DNA from: an uncultured Chlamydiae bacterium
Lineage (GTDB): Bacteria > Chlamydiota > Chlamydiia > Chlamydiales > SM23-39
Direction of reading: 5' to 3'
DNA: 64,000 bases
NCBI GenBank assembly: GCA_963828125.1
Contig: CAWHDP010000001.1
Location: forward strand, 96,001 to 160,000
Part shown: positions 19,229 to 27,723 of the stretch, in pieces
Numbering within the stretch: position 1 is the stretch's first letter
How the letters are laid out: each line of letters opens with the position of its first letter
Program-made: the position numbers and the translations under genes
The notes under the pieces: generated by a model
Database searches by the model: none
What the model was told of the DNA's origin: nothing
The model's input: only the letters and a program-made list of their open reading frames with translations

Positions 19229-19622
19229 GCCTAAAAGGAGGACATTGTCTTTTGAAGATTTTATGGAATATCCTGTATGGACTTGGGATGATGAAATGAC
19301 AAATGTTCAACCTCTTTCAGAATCCGAGCCAGCTCCGGAGGATTATGTAGATTTATTTATTAAAGCTAGATTTAAATCATGTTCGTACGAATTTGATGGA
19401 TATTTAATGGGTGGTATTACTTTTTATGGGTTTGTGATATTCAGGGATCGTAAAAAATTTCTGTTTAACGGAAATCTTAAAGGCTTTAGCGAAAAACATC
19501 TTTCTGAATTATTCGAATGTTTAAAATGTAAACCTTTTAAATTTTTCCCAATAGAATATGTGTCTGATGTTACTTTAAAAGGCCATCGAAAAATTGCGGG
19601 GTCAATTAATTTTGACCTGTAA
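19212..19622 (+). CDS. Putative immunity protein for Rhs-ParB toxin allele 2
   Basis: Same 17-nt overlap with the toxin stop. Diverged homolog of 14469..14870. Confidence 0.8.
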   Translation: MVRLDRPKRRTLSFEDFMEYPVWTWDDEMTNVQPLSESEPAPEDYVDLFIKARFKSCSYEFDGYLMGGITFYGFVIFRDRKKFLFNGNLKGFSEKHLSELFECLKCKPFKFFPIEYVSDVTLKGHRKIAGSINFDL

Positions 19623-19810
19623 TCGCCTTCCGTAGGTGTGAATGTGATTGTTGTAGTAACTTCCCAAGACCCATCCTCTTGTTGGTTGATTGACAGGAGA
19701 CTGAACTTATGCCACAGTTAAGAAATTTATCCACTTATTTTTTAGAACGGCTTCTATCTGCCGAGCCATCTGCTCACTTGACGTAATTCCGCTCCGCGGA
19801 AGGTTCTTAA

Positions 19811-20137
19811 CTAAAAGTGATACAATTCCCCAATGATCTCCGACTGATCCAGACCCTCTACCCGCTCCATCATATTCCTATACAAAAAGCCAAGATACCG
19901 TGGTTGCTGTTCAAGAGAAGACTCGATATCTGCCATAAGAGCCGATTCCTGCAGCCAGCTGATATCCAACGGGATCAGCGCAGGAAGAAGCCCAGCCATT
20001 ATTTCATCCAACTCGATCAAATCAGCTTTGATAATCAATCCAGAGCAAGGAGGTAAAGTCGTGAGCGCGCCGTAGCCGTAAGCCGGGTGAATATATAGAG
20101 TCCGTTTTTTCCCCGACCCGCATCCCTTGCAGTCCAT
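19811..20137 (-). CDS. Hypothetical protein or gene remnant
   Basis: 108-aa ORF. No family recognised. Confidence 0.3.
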   Translation of the reverse strand: MDCKGCGSGKKRTLYIHPAYGYGALTTLPPCSGLIIKADLIELDEIMAGLLPALIPLDISWLQESALMADIESSLEQQPRYLGFLYRNMMERVEGLDQSEIIGELYHF

Positions 20138-20179
20138 GAGAGAACCCAGCGATTGTCTGAGAGAGATCCAGCCAGGTAT

Positions 20180-20369
20180 CGCAAAAATCTGCTCAAGATG
20201 TCACGCCATCTTTCGCCAATCGCTCGTCGCTAATAGGAAGAGTCCTATTATACTGCGGCCACCCCAAATTCACACTTTTGGGGTGGCCGCAGTATAGCTT
20301 CCTCGCGATTTGGAAAATCTGGCGTAACATCTTGAGTACCTTTTCTCGCGTCTGTGTGAGAAATGCGGG
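20180..20369. mobile_element. M1 MITE (one TIR lost) with nested M2 element
   Basis: Matches the reverse complement of 18298-18461, ends ...gagaaatgcggg-TTAG, and carries a 46-bp insert. Confidence 0.9.
20251..20294. mobile_element. 44-bp mini-MITE M2 with perfect 18-bp TIRs and TA duplication
   Basis: cctatTA-tactgcggccaccccaaa-ttcacact-tttggggtggccgcagta-TAgcttcc. The empty site cctatTAgcttcc is seen in the 18298 copy. Confidence 0.94.
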
Positions 20370-20624
20370 TTAGTCTCTGATCTGGTTTCTCCTTGGCCAT
20401 CTCCCATTCCGACAGGCACCTTAATATTCAGATTCAAATAGCGCTTCCACACCAAACCCTTGCTGAGCCGCTGAGTTTAATGCAGTTTATTCCTTGCAAA
20501 CAAACTGATAATCAGAAGCTTACAAAAATAGGAAAGAAATTTTTATAGAATTTGCTTGGCTTCATAATTTAGCAGTAGCTAGCGCATTTGCTTTTTGCTG
20601 CTACTTTTTAGTCTTCAAATATTA

Positions 20625-20710
20625 ATCCCTAAAAGATCATTTTCCTTTTTGGGGATGATAAAATGCGATTAAAAATAGATCCCTAGAATGGAAATTACCA
20701 TTTTGGGGAT
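20625..20710. promoter_or_regulatory. Two 32-bp spaced palindromes (ATCCCTA.AA-N12-TTTTGGGGAT) upstream of the AAA-ATPase gene
   Basis: Copies at 20625-20656 and 20679-20710; a third copy lies at 22209-22240. Confidence 0.7.
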
Positions 20711-20766
20711 TGATTTTATTGGTAGGGTTCTTTATCCTAACATGTACAGTTACATCAGGTAAAAAA

Positions 20767-22200
20767 ATGACAAACCCTCCATTCATAGGTCGTGAACCAG
20801 AAATTTCTAGACTGAAAGGTCTTTTGAGTAAAAAAAGCGCGAGTCTCATTGTTGTCCGAGGAAGAAGGCGAATCGGCAAAAGCAGACTACTTGCAGAATT
20901 TGGGAAAGAGATGAAAAGCTTTTTTTTCTCGGGAATGCCTCCTGTTGAGAAAACGAATGCTAAACTGCAAAGAGAAGAATTCGCAGGGCAAATGGAAAGA
21001 ATGGGATTGCCTGGTGCTAAATCGGATGATTGGAGCAACCTTTTTTGGTCCTTATCCAAGCACACGGAGAAGGGGAGAACGCTTGTTGTATTTGATGAAA
21101 TATCATGGATGGGAGGGAAAGACCCTGCTTTTTTAGGAAAATTGAAAACTGCTTGGGATATGCATTTTAGCAAGAATCCTCATCTGATGATGGCTCTTTG
21201 CGGATCAATATCTGCATGGATCGAAGAAAATATCCTTAGCAGCACAGGATTTGTGGGCAGGATTACTATAGATCTTGTCTTAGAAGAGCTTCCTTTAAAT
21301 GTTTGTAATGCTTTTTGGCGTCCTAAAGAAAAGCTTATTTCTGCTTATGAGAAATTTAAAATTTTATCTGTTGTAGGGGGTGTTCCCCGTTATCTTGAAG
21401 AGATCAATCCTCAGTTGTCGGCAGAAAAAAACATCCAAAATCTCTGCTTCACCCGCGGTGGGCTCCTTGTACGTGAATTCGATGAGATTTTTTCCGACCT
21501 ATTTTCTAGACGTAGCACAATCTATAAGGAAATAGTTATGTGTTTAGCAGATGGACCAAGAGAGCTTTTAGAAATTTGTAAGGAGCTTAAACAATCTCGT
21601 GGAGGATTATGGAGTAAATATCTAGATGACCTAGTAAAGGCCGGTTTTATTCAAAGAGATTTTTCTTGGAACTTGCAAGATGGGAAAGAGAGTAAAATAA
21701 GTCGTTTTCGATTGAGTGATAATTATCTTCGGTTTTACTTGAAGTACATCTTGCGTAATCGTTCCAAGATTCAAAAAGGGGACTTTACTCCATCCATATT
21801 GACAAAGTTCCCAGGGTGGGAGGGAAGCATGGGGCTTCAGTTTGAAAATCTTGTCGTTCATAATCGAAAGGCAGTTTTGAAATTGATAGAGGTCCCATCG
21901 GAAGAGGTTGTGATGGACGGTCCATTTTTTCAAAAAGCAACAAAGAAACTTCCTGGATGTCAAATTGACTACATGATCCAAACGCGCTTCCATACTTTAT
22001 ATCTCATAGAAGTTAAGTTTTCGAAAGATCCGGTAGGAAGAAAGGTCATAGAGGAAATGGAGGAAAAAATAAAACGATTAAAAACGCCTAAGCGATTTTC
22101 AATTAGACCCATTCTTATTCATGTAAATGGAGTAGAAAGCGCTGTTTTAGACGAATGTTATTTTGATAAGGTGATTGATTTTGGGCAGTTTTTGGAGTGA
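20767..22200 (+). CDS. AAA ATPase-winged helix-PD-(D/E)xK nuclease-fold protein (ATPase_2/DUF234-type)
   Basis: FIGRE.E, GRRRIGKS (Walker A), VVFDEI (Walker B), GGVPRYL, LSDNYLRFY and QIDY...LIEVKF motifs. The ATG at 20767 is preferred over the ORF-track start. Confidence 0.9.
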   Translation: MTNPPFIGREPEISRLKGLLSKKSASLIVVRGRRRIGKSRLLAEFGKEMKSFFFSGMPPVEKTNAKLQREEFAGQMERMGLPGAKSDDWSNLFWSLSKHTEKGRTLVVFDEISWMGGKDPAFLGKLKTAWDMHFSKNPHLMMALCGSISAWIEENILSSTGFVGRITIDLVLEELPLNVCNAFWRPKEKLISAYEKFKILSVVGGVPRYLEEINPQLSAEKNIQNLCFTRGGLLVREFDEIFSDLFSRRSTIYKEIVMCLADGPRELLEICKELKQSRGGLWSKYLDDLVKAGFIQRDFSWNLQDGKESKISRFRLSDNYLRFYLKYILRNRSKIQKGDFTPSILTKFPGWEGSMGLQFENLVVHNRKAVLKLIEVPSEEVVMDGPFFQKATKKLPGCQIDYMIQTRFHTLYLIEVKFSKDPVGRKVIEEMEEKIKRLKTPKRFSIRPILIHVNGVESAVLDECYFDKVIDFGQFLE

Positions 22201-22208
22201 TTTGTTAC

Positions 22209-22240
22209 ATCCCAAAATTGGCTGATTGTGTTTTGGGGAT
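22209..22240. repeat. Third 32-bp palindrome, just downstream of the ATPase stop
   Basis: atcccaaaat-tggctgattgtg-ttttggggat. Confidence 0.7.
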
Positions 22241-22367
22241 TGAAATTAGCTAAAGGGGATTTGGCCACGATTCAACGCATGGTCGAGAAAGGGGTTCATC
22301 CGAAAGATATAAACGGCCAAAGCCTGACTAGCCCACATTATCCATTAATTGCACAGGAGATGGTGCC

Positions 22368-22469
22368 ATGACTTACTCAAAAAGAGAATGTGCAAAAGAT
22401 TTAAAAGCCCAACTCGATCTCGGCTACGAACCAAAACAAATTGGAAACTGGGCTCATAAAATGTATCTA
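22368..22469 (+). pseudogene. Truncated small gene (immunity-like), cut by a MITE
   Basis: ATGA overlap with an upstream short peptide end and a GGAG RBS. The frame runs into M2 at TA 22468-22469. Confidence 0.45.
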
Positions 22470-22604
22470 TACTGCGGCCACCCCAAAAGTGTGAATTTGG
22501 GGTGGCCGCAGCATAATAGGACTCTTCCTATTAGCGACGAGCGATTGGCGAAAGATGGCGTGACAGATTGAGCCAATTTTCCGCGGATGTGTGAGAAATT
22601 CGGG
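22470..22604. mobile_element. M2 plus half of M1 (composite MITE remnant) ending at CTAG
   Basis: M2 at 22470-22513, followed by ataggactcttcctatt...tgtgtgagaaattcggg-CTAG. Confidence 0.9.
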
Positions 22605-22705
22605 CTAGCGTGCCATGGATTTTAGGGTGATTGAGCCGGGGTTATTGCCGTTCAAAAAATGAAAGGATGTGCTACAGTAGACACTATTATTTTAAGGGAC
22701 TTTCT

Positions 22706-23089
22706 ATGGAATCGATAAACCCTATTGTACAGCGCTATGTTGATGGTTGGAAAAAAGGCAATGAATCAGAAATTCTAGATGCTCTTACTGAAGATTGCAT
22801 CATCATTGAATCTCATGGTGCTACCTACCACGGCAAAAAAATCGTAAAGAAGTGGATTGAAGACTGGCATAGGCAAGGAAATGTAGTGGAAAAATGGAAG
22901 ATTACTTCTTGTCATGGTTGTGGGGATCTGGTTGTGTTTGAATGGGTTTTTGCTTACAAAGGCAAAAAAAACAGGGAGGCTTTTGAAGGAGTTTCGCTTG
23001 CAAAAATCAAGAATAATAAGATTTTTGAGCTTAGAGAATATCGCGCTACTCAGTTTCCTTTTATGTGGGGTATTCGGACAACTGAATGA
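22706..23089 (+). CDS. NTF2/SnoaL-like domain protein
   Basis: Y..GW..G....I...L.EDC.I.ES.G..Y.G pattern and FEGVSL.KI...KI.E.REY. Confidence 0.8.
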   Translation: MESINPIVQRYVDGWKKGNESEILDALTEDCIIIESHGATYHGKKIVKKWIEDWHRQGNVVEKWKITSCHGCGDLVVFEWVFAYKGKKNREAFEGVSLAKIKNNKIFELREYRATQFPFMWGIRTTE

Positions 23090-23094
23090 AAAAA

Positions 23095-23125
23095 TGAAGT
23101 GGACCCCGAAAACTGGACAGGTTAG
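23095..23125. mobile_element. Isolated IS3-like terminal inverted repeat
   Basis: tgaagtggacccc...ggaca resembles the IS3 end at 47592 (tgaggtggaccc...ggaca). Confidence 0.5.
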
Positions 23126-23505
23126 TTAGTTTGCTTCATGCTACTTAACCTACTGAGGGGCGCATTCCCATTTTCTGGGTAGCCGCCTAAAAAGCTACGC
23201 TGCATAGGACAAACCTCCCTCATAAGCCATCTTTTTTAACAGATTCCAACGCCCGCTCTTGTAATAAGCCCGTAGAAGCAGCATTTCCTCCGCTGCTCAC
23301 AGCAGTAGAGTACCTTATTTGACGCCTTTCGCTCAACTATCGGCTGCTGTCAAGAGTTAACTAGAATAGGGTCTAACTGTGTCTCCAGTGTGTTTTGAAA
23401 TCAGGGGTTATTTTCCGGATATCTGGCTGGTGGCTCTTTACACAATTTCCTGACTGTCTTAGGATGGCCTCTTTTTTAGGAATTTTTATGCGCTGGTTTT
23501 TCATT

Positions 23506-24527
23506 TTAGGTTTTGGAGTTTTCTAGCACAATATCAATTTGATCGCCCGTAGTGGTGCAAACGCCATGTTCACGAATATGCTGCCTCACTTTCTGACTGA
23601 TAAGGGCCATTTGTTTCAGCCGTTCAAGGAGTTCCTTATGCTGGCGTATCCAGCCACAGTATTTCTCGAGCAGTGTTTTGTCGGGATGTTTTGGGGTTTC
23701 AAGAGCCATTAAAATGTCGATTCCCCAATGAACAAGGATCTCGATATTAAGAAATCGGGATTTTGTCCTCTGATTAGGAGGCGCAAGATGGGCTGCTTGT
23801 GTCTGCTGCATCTTCCTTTTTGCTTCTGCCGCGACAGAAGTAAATGCGTGCCATTCGGGATCTTTTTCCAAAAGCTTCTTCAAGAATGTGCCGATTTTGT
23901 GAGTAATGTCAAAAATTCGGCCGACATCGTACTTTTCGCAAAAAAGAACAATTCCCCCTCGGAGATCCGGACCATCATCAGCGCATACCATCGCAACCTG
24001 TTAACTTGTATAGACCGACCTGAGTTAGCCATCTGCTAATACTTTTATATGTGGGGATTGCCTGGTTTTTTACGGTGGCGAATTGAGAGAATGCGATGTG
24101 TATGGATTTAGGCGCTGCTCGGAATGAAATGGCTGCTTGCAAAACTAACTTAATGCACATGACGATCATCAAGATGGGATACCACCGACGCGGTGCTTTC
24201 TCTCCCATTTGAGGAATTAGTTTTTCAAGCTCTCGATTTTTTCCCCCGCACCGTCTCAATTTCAGCCCGAAGTTTATCTGCTCGCTCGCATTCCCTGTCT
24301 GCCCGTATCCGTTCACTCTCTATCCCTTCCAAAGCTGTTTGTAGTTGACGATCAAGCTCTTTGCTGCGAGCTTTCCACTGGTCGCGATTTTCAGTAAGTG
24401 CCACAGTTCTGGCCCGGAGCGCTTTGTTCCGCAGACTTTTCTCGTGATTATGCCGTTTTAGGTTGTCCCTGGACTTTTGTAATCGTTTGATTTTTTGGTT
24501 TAGTTCTCCTGGCCGTGCTTTCTTCAT
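23506..24527 (-). pseudogene. Fragmented transposase (coiled-coil N-terminus, DDE-like remnants)
   Basis: Three overlapping frames. D.GPDL.GG, FDITHK and PPNQRTKSRFLN segments are typical of large IS transposases. Confidence 0.7.
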
Positions 24528-24832
24528 TTGATTCTCATCACAAAAAATAGTCGACCATTTTAGCGAAAGTGTTTTGACTAATCAAGATTTTATTGGATAT
24601 TGGTGAAAATTTTATGTTTAGCAGTTGAACCAAAATCAGGGGGCAATGTTAGGCGGCGTTTTGATCGTTCGTAGCGAGTTTGTCACACCCCACCATTTCC
24701 CTTTGCGTGGACAAGAACAGGCCGAATTTATGGCAGAAAGAGTCCTAGATTTAAAATGCATTTACAAGAAAACCTGAAATTGAAAAATATTTTTTATTTT
24801 TACTAGACTTATAACCAGCCACTTAAGATTCC

Positions 24833-24872
24833 ATTATGCTCAAAACTGACAAATGTCGATTTTGAGCATAAT
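24833..24872. promoter_or_regulatory. Perfect 13-bp inverted repeat (operator-like) upstream of the second AAA-ATPase
   Basis: attatgctcaaaa-N14-ttttgagcataat. Confidence 0.75.
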
Positions 24873-24902
24873 AGATTGACATAAACATCCTGCTCATTTA
24901 AT

Positions 24903-26336
24903 ATGGATTATATGAAACCATTTGTCGGAAGAGATAACGAGTTACGGAGACTGGAAGACCTATCAAAGTCAGGTCGAGCCTGTCTTGTTGTCATTAAAGG
25001 GCGTCGTCGAATAGGGAAAAGTCGTCTTGCCGAAGAATTCGGAAAAGATAAGGTTTTTTTGCCTTTTAGTGGGTTGGCTCCGGTTAAAGGGGTAACGGCG
25101 CAGAATCAGCGTGATGCCTTCGCGCGCGAACTTGCGACTTTGTTTAATCTTCCCCCTTTTACTTTCACAGATTGGAGTGATGCTTTTGCGCATCTATCAA
25201 GACATCTCACAGCTAAATCCACTGTAATTCTTTTTGATGAGATTTCGTGGATGGGTTCAAAAGATCCAACATTTATCTCTAAGTTAAAAGTTTGGTGGGA
25301 TCTTGTCCTGCAACACCATCCATCGATTATCCTTATTTTATGTGGCTCTATTTCGACTTGGATCGATAAAAACATCATCAATAGCACAGCTTTTTTTGGT
25401 CGCGTTTCCCTCTATCAGGAACTTACAGAACTATCGATTCCACAATGCAGGCAATTACTGAATCTTCAAGGCTTCAAAGGATCAGATCTCGACTTTTTTA
25501 AAATTTTGAGTGTGACTGGAGGAGTGCCTTGGTATCTCGAACAGATTCAGACCCATCAAAACGCTGATGAAAATATTAAACGGCTCTGTTTTGAAAAAAA
25601 CGGCCTTTTGGTGCATGAATTTGACCGGATTTTTAATGATCTTTTCAGCTCCAGAGGTGAGATCTATAAAAAGATCATCACAATACTAAGCCAAGGCATG
25701 AAAGACCGGGCTACTCTGCAAAAAACAATGGCTTATTCACCGAGCGGCACACTGAGCCATCATCTTAAAGCTCTTGAAATCTGTGGATTTGTCAGCAAAC
25801 ATCCAGACTGGTCTTTAAAAACAGGAAAGTCTGGAAAACTGACCCTGTATCGGCTTTCCGACAATTATCTTCGCTTCTACATCCATTATATCGAACCCAA
25901 TCTTACGAAAATTGAACAAGGGTCGTTTTTAGAAGTTCCGCTTTCTAGCTTGCCTGGATGGGAACCTATGCTCGGCTTCCAACTCGAAAACCTTTTGCTG
26001 AAAAACAGATCTCTTCTTTACCAGGCACTTGGAATTCACGCTCAGGATGTCGTGATTGATAATCCCTATTTTCAAAAAGCCTCAGGTCGCAAAAAAGGGT
26101 GCCAAATTGATTATCTGATTCAAATGCATTCCAACACTCTTTTTGTCTGTGAAGTCAAAATGCGCCGTCGTGAATTGGGACTTGAAGTGATCGATGCAAT
26201 GAAAACCAAAATAGCTTCTCTTACTCTTCCAAAAGGCTTCGGGATTTCGCCTGTTCTGTTTCATTTGGGCCCAGTTTCCGATGCTCTCTTAAGTAGTCGC
26301 TATTTTTACCGTATCATCGATATCGCTGATTTGTGA
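24903..26336 (+). CDS. Second AAA ATPase-wHTH-PD-(D/E)xK protein (paralog of 20767..22200)
   Basis: FVGR..E, GRRRIGKS, LFDEISW, LSDNYLRFY and QIDYL...CEVKM motifs. Confidence 0.9.
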   Translation: MDYMKPFVGRDNELRRLEDLSKSGRACLVVIKGRRRIGKSRLAEEFGKDKVFLPFSGLAPVKGVTAQNQRDAFARELATLFNLPPFTFTDWSDAFAHLSRHLTAKSTVILFDEISWMGSKDPTFISKLKVWWDLVLQHHPSIILILCGSISTWIDKNIINSTAFFGRVSLYQELTELSIPQCRQLLNLQGFKGSDLDFFKILSVTGGVPWYLEQIQTHQNADENIKRLCFEKNGLLVHEFDRIFNDLFSSRGEIYKKIITILSQGMKDRATLQKTMAYSPSGTLSHHLKALEICGFVSKHPDWSLKTGKSGKLTLYRLSDNYLRFYIHYIEPNLTKIEQGSFLEVPLSSLPGWEPMLGFQLENLLLKNRSLLYQALGIHAQDVVIDNPYFQKASGRKKGCQIDYLIQMHSNTLFVCEVKMRRRELGLEVIDAMKTKIASLTLPKGFGISPVLFHLGPVSDALLSSRYFYRIIDIADL

Positions 26337-26350
26337 GCAATATCGGAACC

Positions 26351-26590
26351 CTAATTGGAAATCTCTTGAGACTGTTCTTTGATTTTTTTTAACGCGTTAG
26401 TTTTTTTGAATAATGCAAGAGCACCCAAAATGAAGAGCAGAATTGTGACCCAGCCGATTGGGTCTAAGGCCCAATAAAAATCATCTGACTTAGGATGTCT
26501 GAGATCATCGATAAAAGTCGACAATATGAACGATCCCAATGAAAAACACACCATCGAAGGGGCACATTCCCATTTTCTGGGTAGCCGCAT
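26351..26590 (-). CDS. Small membrane protein, possibly frameshifted at the 5' end
   Basis: Two hydrophobic segments. The 5' 31 bp are repeated at 23156-23186. Confidence 0.4.
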   Translation of the reverse strand: MRLPRKWECAPSMVCFSLGSFILSTFIDDLRHPKSDDFYWALDPIGWVTILLFILGALALFKKTNALKKIKEQSQEISN

Positions 26591-26593
26591 AAA

Positions 26594-26893
26594 TTAAAAT
26601 TTTTCTTTGTCATGAGGCACAGGGCAAAAAATCTTCTGAAAAAGACAAAGAGGAATCAACTCTTCAAACCTTAGGGGCACCCACTCTCTCCTTATGAGTC
26701 CGCAGTATTCGCGCCCCTTCCCAGCAGCTAACTCCCCGAAATCATAACTATCGAGAATGGGTTGTCGGTCGGGCACTGAAAAGGCAGTGGCCATTTGAGG
26801 AGCTGAGATGTGTTGATGAACGTGTTTTATTTCCTGGATGTCATCAAGCAATGCGTTTAGAATCGTCCGTATGGGTTTTAAGTCTCGTGCCAT
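26594..26893 (-). CDS. Hypothetical protein
   Basis: GGAG RBS and ATG just after hicB. No family recognised. Confidence 0.4.
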   Translation of the reverse strand: MARDLKPIRTILNALLDDIQEIKHVHQHISAPQMATAFSVPDRQPILDSYDFGELAAGKGREYCGLIRREWVPLRFEELIPLCLFQKIFCPVPHDKEKF

Positions 26894-26902
26894 AAACTCT
26901 CC

Positions 26903-27226
26903 CTATGACACGACGTGTCGCAACTGTTCAGTCACATAAGAATTTAGACTGATTCCCATAGTTTTTGCCTGGAATGCCAGTTTTGCATGAAGTTCAGGAG
27001 GAATTCGAAGATTGAAAGTGCCAGAAAAAGTTTTTTCAGGTTTCTCACCGCGTTCTCTGCACCAATTTAGATAATCATCGACAGAATCTTTAAAAGCTTG
27101 CTCCAATTCATCTACACTTTTGCCTTGAAAGGTGATAATATCGCTAAGTCCAACAACTTCACCATGGAATATTTTGGCGTCGTCATCATATTCGACGTGT
27201 CCTATATATCCTTTATATTTCATCAT
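26903..27226 (-). CDS. hicB: HicB-family antitoxin (RHH type)
   Basis: MKYKGY.G..EYD...IFHG.V....D.ITF.G.SV.EL..AF..SVDDY and SG.FNLRI.PELH motifs. Confidence 0.95.
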   Translation of the reverse strand: MMKYKGYIGHVEYDDDAKIFHGEVVGLSDIITFQGKSVDELEQAFKDSVDDYLNWCRERGEKPEKTFSGTFNLRIPPELHAKLAFQAKTMGISLNSYVTEQLRHVVS

Positions 27227-27495
27227 GGCAGCTTTTTCTCCTTTGGTTTTACGCCTGCGTTCTCTAGAAATTTTCTGAGGGAGACCAATGCTCCCTTGTC
27301 GGTCTCCTTTTTCGGGTGAGGCCGATGGAAGACGGCCTTTCGCTTATTCAAAAGAACCCTGACTCTAGATCCTTCACCTTCCGAAATCTCCGCTCCTAAA
27401 GATTCTAGAAGCTTTTCGCAGTCTTTCCAGACTACATTCGATTGGATCGGAACCTTGAAAATTGCTTCGAGGGTTCGTTCGTGTTTCTTGCTCAT
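27223..27495 (-). CDS. hicA: HicA-family toxin
   Basis: KH.RTL.AIF..P...NV.W...E.LL..LG, GSRVR and FHRPHP motifs. Confidence 0.95.
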   Translation of the reverse strand: MSKKHERTLEAIFKVPIQSNVVWKDCEKLLESLGAEISEGEGSRVRVLLNKRKAVFHRPHPKKETDKGALVSLRKFLENAGVKPKEKKLP

Positions 27496-27513
27496 CTATC
27501 TTCTCTATCCTTA

Positions 27514-27543
27514 ATGGTACCGCAGGTTGGTACTATTTTTCAA
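27514..27543 (-). promoter_or_regulatory. hicAB promoter with operator palindrome
   Basis: Minus strand TTGAAA-18 bp-TACCAT, overlapped by the inverted repeat atagtacc-N7-ggtaccat. Confidence 0.6.
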
Positions 27544-27723
27544 ATAAATCGCAACTCATTTAAAATAAGCGATATAAACTGTCTTCCACCCAGCAACCTA
27601 TCGCTATCTTGGAGATTGTTGCGACGGCGTGGCTACATTCTCTTGGTCGTTTGTCATTCAGAATTTCCCTTTAAAATTTGGCCATTTTCATAACTTCATC
27701 ATTCGCCACCCCATCGGTGGTGA

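Noticed and set aside
20270..20455. Short ORFs overlapping MITEs (also 18332..18574 and the 3' half of 22368..22571)
   Set aside because: These are translations of repeat sequence.
14270..22604. CRISPR array
   Set aside because: The repeats are dispersed, have TIRs and TSDs, are not regularly spaced, and there are no cas genes.
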